Assembly: GCA_016933255.1 (NCBI GenBank)
Contig: JAFGBF010000030.1
Span: 3,336 to 67,335 of the forward strand
Length of the DNA stretch: 64,000 bases
Direction of reading: 5' to 3'
Source of the DNA: Candidatus Krumholzibacteriota bacterium
GTDB lineage: Bacteria; Krumholzibacteriota; Krumholzibacteriia; Krumholzibacteriales; Krumholzibacteriaceae
The position numbers and the translations under genes were made by a program. A model generated the notes under the pieces. The model did not search any database and had not been told where the DNA came from. It worked only from the letters and a program-made list of their open reading frames with translations. Below, one piece after another: positions 61,599 to 64,000 of this stretch; position 1 is the stretch's first letter; each line of letters opens with the position of its first letter.

Positions 61599-62450
61599 AT
61601 GAAGCGCATTTACGTTACCGGTTCCCGGGGAATGCTCGGGAAGGCTCTCGTACCTCTTCTTAACCTTGAATATGAGGTTCGGGCTACCGACCTGCCTGAA
61701 TATGACATAAGGGATGGATCGTCGATAATCGGGGATATCGTCTCCTTCTCTCCCGATTATATCTTTCACCTTGCATCGATGACGGATGTAGATGGATGCG
61801 AAATAGATCCTGATCAGGCTTATCTCTCGAATACGGTCGGAACGCGAAATGTAGCTCTGGCGTCAAAGGAAACGGACGCCGTGATGATATATATAAGTAC
61901 AGGCATGATCTATAACGGCAGGAAAAAGTACCCTTATATCGAATACGACAGGCCTGATCCGGTCAACGTCTACGGCTCCACGAAATACCAGGGAGAGCTG
62001 GAGATCCGGAAACTGCTTAAAAAATTCTATATTTTTAACACCTGCTGGGTATTCGGCGGAGGAAAAGAAGATAAGAAATTTGTGCAGAAGATCCTCAAGC
62101 TCGCAGGTGAGAATAAAACTCTTAAGATCGTCGATGATAAGATCGGTTCGCCGACATACACCCTCGACCTCGCCAGGACGATCATCGATCTTATAGAAAC
62201 CGGGCAATACGGGCGGTACCATTGCGTGAACGAGGGAACCGTCACGCGTTTCGGACTGGCGAAAAAGATTCTTGAGATAGCCGGAATATCCGGATGCGAG
62301 TTGATACCGGTCTGTTCGGATGAGTTCGTTCTGGCAGCGCCCCGTCCTTATATGGAAGGAATGATAAATTACAGGACGATGCTTATGGGGTTACAGCCTA
62401 TGAGGCCCTGGGAAGATGCTCTTGAAGAATATATCAAAGACCCGGCCTGA
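61599..62450 (+). CDS. rmlD: dTDP-4-dehydrorhamnose reductase
   Basis: TGSRGMLG, TDVDGCE, PVNVYGSTKYQGE, VDDKIGSPTY, APRP. Confidence 0.9.
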   Translation: MKRIYVTGSRGMLGKALVPLLNLEYEVRATDLPEYDIRDGSSIIGDIVSFSPDYIFHLASMTDVDGCEIDPDQAYLSNTVGTRNVALASKETDAVMIYISTGMIYNGRKKYPYIEYDRPDPVNVYGSTKYQGELEIRKLLKKFYIFNTCWVFGGGKEDKKFVQKILKLAGENKTLKIVDDKIGSPTYTLDLARTIIDLIETGQYGRYHCVNEGTVTRFGLAKKILEIAGISGCELIPVCSDEFVLAAPRPYMEGMINYRTMLMGLQPMRPWEDALEEYIKDPA

Positions 62451-62464
62451 TCATCGGATCCAGT

Positions 62465-63193
62465 CTATAGCTTATTGGCGCCTGTCTTCTCAACGAGATT
62501 ACTCGCCTTGTGAAGAGAAGAGAAAGTACCTGCGTCGGTCCACCAGCCCTCCAGGATATCCCATGCAAGTTCGCCTCGGTCTATATACGCGTTATTGACG
62601 TCGGTGATCTCAAGTTCGCCCCTTTTGGAAGGCTTCAGCGTCTTTATGATATCGAAGACCGTATTGTCATACATATATATACCGGTTACCGCGTATTTTG
62701 ATTTCGGTTCAGACGGTTTCTCCTCGATCTTTACTACTCGGTCTCCTTCGAGGACAGGGACTCCGAATCTTTCAGGATCGGAAACTTCCTTTAGGATTAT
62801 CCTCGCGCCTTTTTCGGTCTTACGGAACCGCTCGACCGAATCTGCTATATTAGTCTCGATTATATTGTCGCCAAGCACCACACATATACTCTCATCTCCG
62901 GCAAAATATTCCGCGAGTCTAAGAGCCTCCGCGATCCCTCCCTCACCCTCCTGATACGTGTAATTGATATGAGCAAGTCCGAATTCGCTCCCGTTACCCA
63001 GCAATCTGAGAAAATCACCTGCGTGATTGCCTCCGGTAACCAGCAGAATATCATGTATGCCGGCATTTATCAGTGTCTGTATCGGGTAAAATATCATCGG
63101 TTTGTCAAATACGGGAAGAAGATGCTTGTTTGTTATCTTCGTCAGAGGGAGCAGTCTAGAGCCAAGCCCCCCCGCAAGAATTACACCTTTCAT
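62465..63193 (-). CDS. rmlA: Glucose-1-phosphate thymidylyltransferase (short RmlA/SpsI form)
   Basis: LAGGLGSRLLPLT..NKHLLP, LGDN, EEKP, PSKRGELEITD, WTDAGT. Confidence 0.9.
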   Translation of the reverse strand: MKGVILAGGLGSRLLPLTKITNKHLLPVFDKPMIFYPIQTLINAGIHDILLVTGGNHAGDFLRLLGNGSEFGLAHINYTYQEGEGGIAEALRLAEYFAGDESICVVLGDNIIETNIADSVERFRKTEKGARIILKEVSDPERFGVPVLEGDRVVKIEEKPSEPKSKYAVTGIYMYDNTVFDIIKTLKPSKRGELEITDVNNAYIDRGELAWDILEGWWTDAGTFSSLHKASNLVEKTGANKL

Positions 63194-63373
63194 TATTTCT
63201 CCTTTTCATCGCAAGCCGACGCGAAGTCTACCACCGGGTCTCAATCAAATCAAGAGATACCTTCGGAGGGATCATCAGGCCGGGCCGAAATCACGAATAT
63301 CCTTTCCAAAAAATCGATCACCTGTTAGTGTCTTTCAGTCTGCTGCGATAGTGAACGATATCTGGAGGAAATC

Positions 63374-64000
63374 TTGAAAGTCTGTTTTTTCTCTCCGACA
63401 GCATACAGCTACTTCAATCCGGAAAGCGGCAAATGGGCCGGAGGGGCGGAGACCCAGCAGATCCTTATAGCCAGGCGCATGGCCGAGAGAGGGATCGATG
63501 TCTCGTTTATAGTAGGCGATCATGGCCAGCCCGAAGTCGAGATATTCGGCGGTATAACTGTCATAAAATCTTTCTCCCCTTTTGTAGGCAACAGAAAGCT
63601 CCGTTTTATTCCTGATATGCTCAAAATAAGACGGGCGATGCAGATCTCCGGCGCCGACATCTTCAATCAAAGATCTACGGCGTTCTATACGGGACAACTG
63701 TGCTGGTTTGCTTCAACTTTGAAGAAGCGATTCGTATTTTCGCTCGGTATCGACTATAACTGCTACGCCGATTGCGCCGGAAATCTTTCATTCCCGATGA
63801 CGAATATCTACAGATACGGGATCAGGAATGCTGATTCCGTGATCGCGCAGACAGACAAGCAGAAAAAGATCCTCGCTGAAAATATGGGAAGAGAATCGAT
63901 CCTGATCAGAAACGGAATAGAAATAATAGGTTCTTCAGCATGTTCCCCCGGCGTTCAGGCAGTCGAGCCTCCCGTTGAACGGGGACGAAAAGAATTTATC
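63374..64000 (+). CDS. Glycosyltransferase family 4, N-terminal part (runs off the window)
   Basis: Not in the ORF track; GGAGG then TTG; MKVCFFSPTAYSYF..AGGAETQQILIARRMAERGIDVSFI...ADSVIAQT..IRNG. Confidence 0.85.
   Translation, partial: MKVCFFSPTAYSYFNPESGKWAGGAETQQILIARRMAERGIDVSFIVGDHGQPEVEIFGGITVIKSFSPFVGNRKLRFIPDMLKIRRAMQISGADIFNQRSTAFYTGQLCWFASTLKKRFVFSLGIDYNCYADCAGNLSFPMTNIYRYGIRNADSVIAQTDKQKKILAENMGRESILIRNGIEIIGSSACSPGVQAVEPPVERGRKEFI

Noticed and set aside
63335-63697. 120-aa minus-strand ORF
   Set aside because: Antisense to the edge-truncated GT4 starting at 63374

Overview
Chromosomal window from a diderm bacterium. A C-terminal 'SSWGAIKSIY' motif and the gene content suggest the FCB-related Krumholzibacteriota/Latescibacterota/Eisenbacteria group (inference). 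A near-canonical 28-bp dif site lies at 4179-4206, and almost all genes from 4.3 to 57.6 kb are on the minus strand pointing toward it, so this is probably the replication-terminus region. Contents in order: (1) a partial PDZ-membrane-GAF-PP2C phosphatase; (2) leuS/holA/lptE; (3) a Wza/Wzc-type exopolysaccharide locus with sigma54 promoters, its own NtrC-type two-component system and a diguanylate cyclase; (4) a long housekeeping run thrS-infC-rpmI-rplT-pheST-zapB-like-zapA-6S RNA-rny-ymdB-folD-xseAB-ispA-dxs-nadK-recN; (5) a solitary dnaK with a sigma54-like promoter; (6) a CCA-adding enzyme, five tRNAs in total, and galT-glgA; (7) a second surface-glycan locus with WbpB/E/D-like enzymes, GT4s, a radical SAM/SPASM enzyme, a GT4 + thymidylate-kinase-like + phosphodiesterase module and rml genes. 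No CRISPR array, transposase, integrase or prophage was seen. All calls come from reading motifs by eye; no database searches were run.
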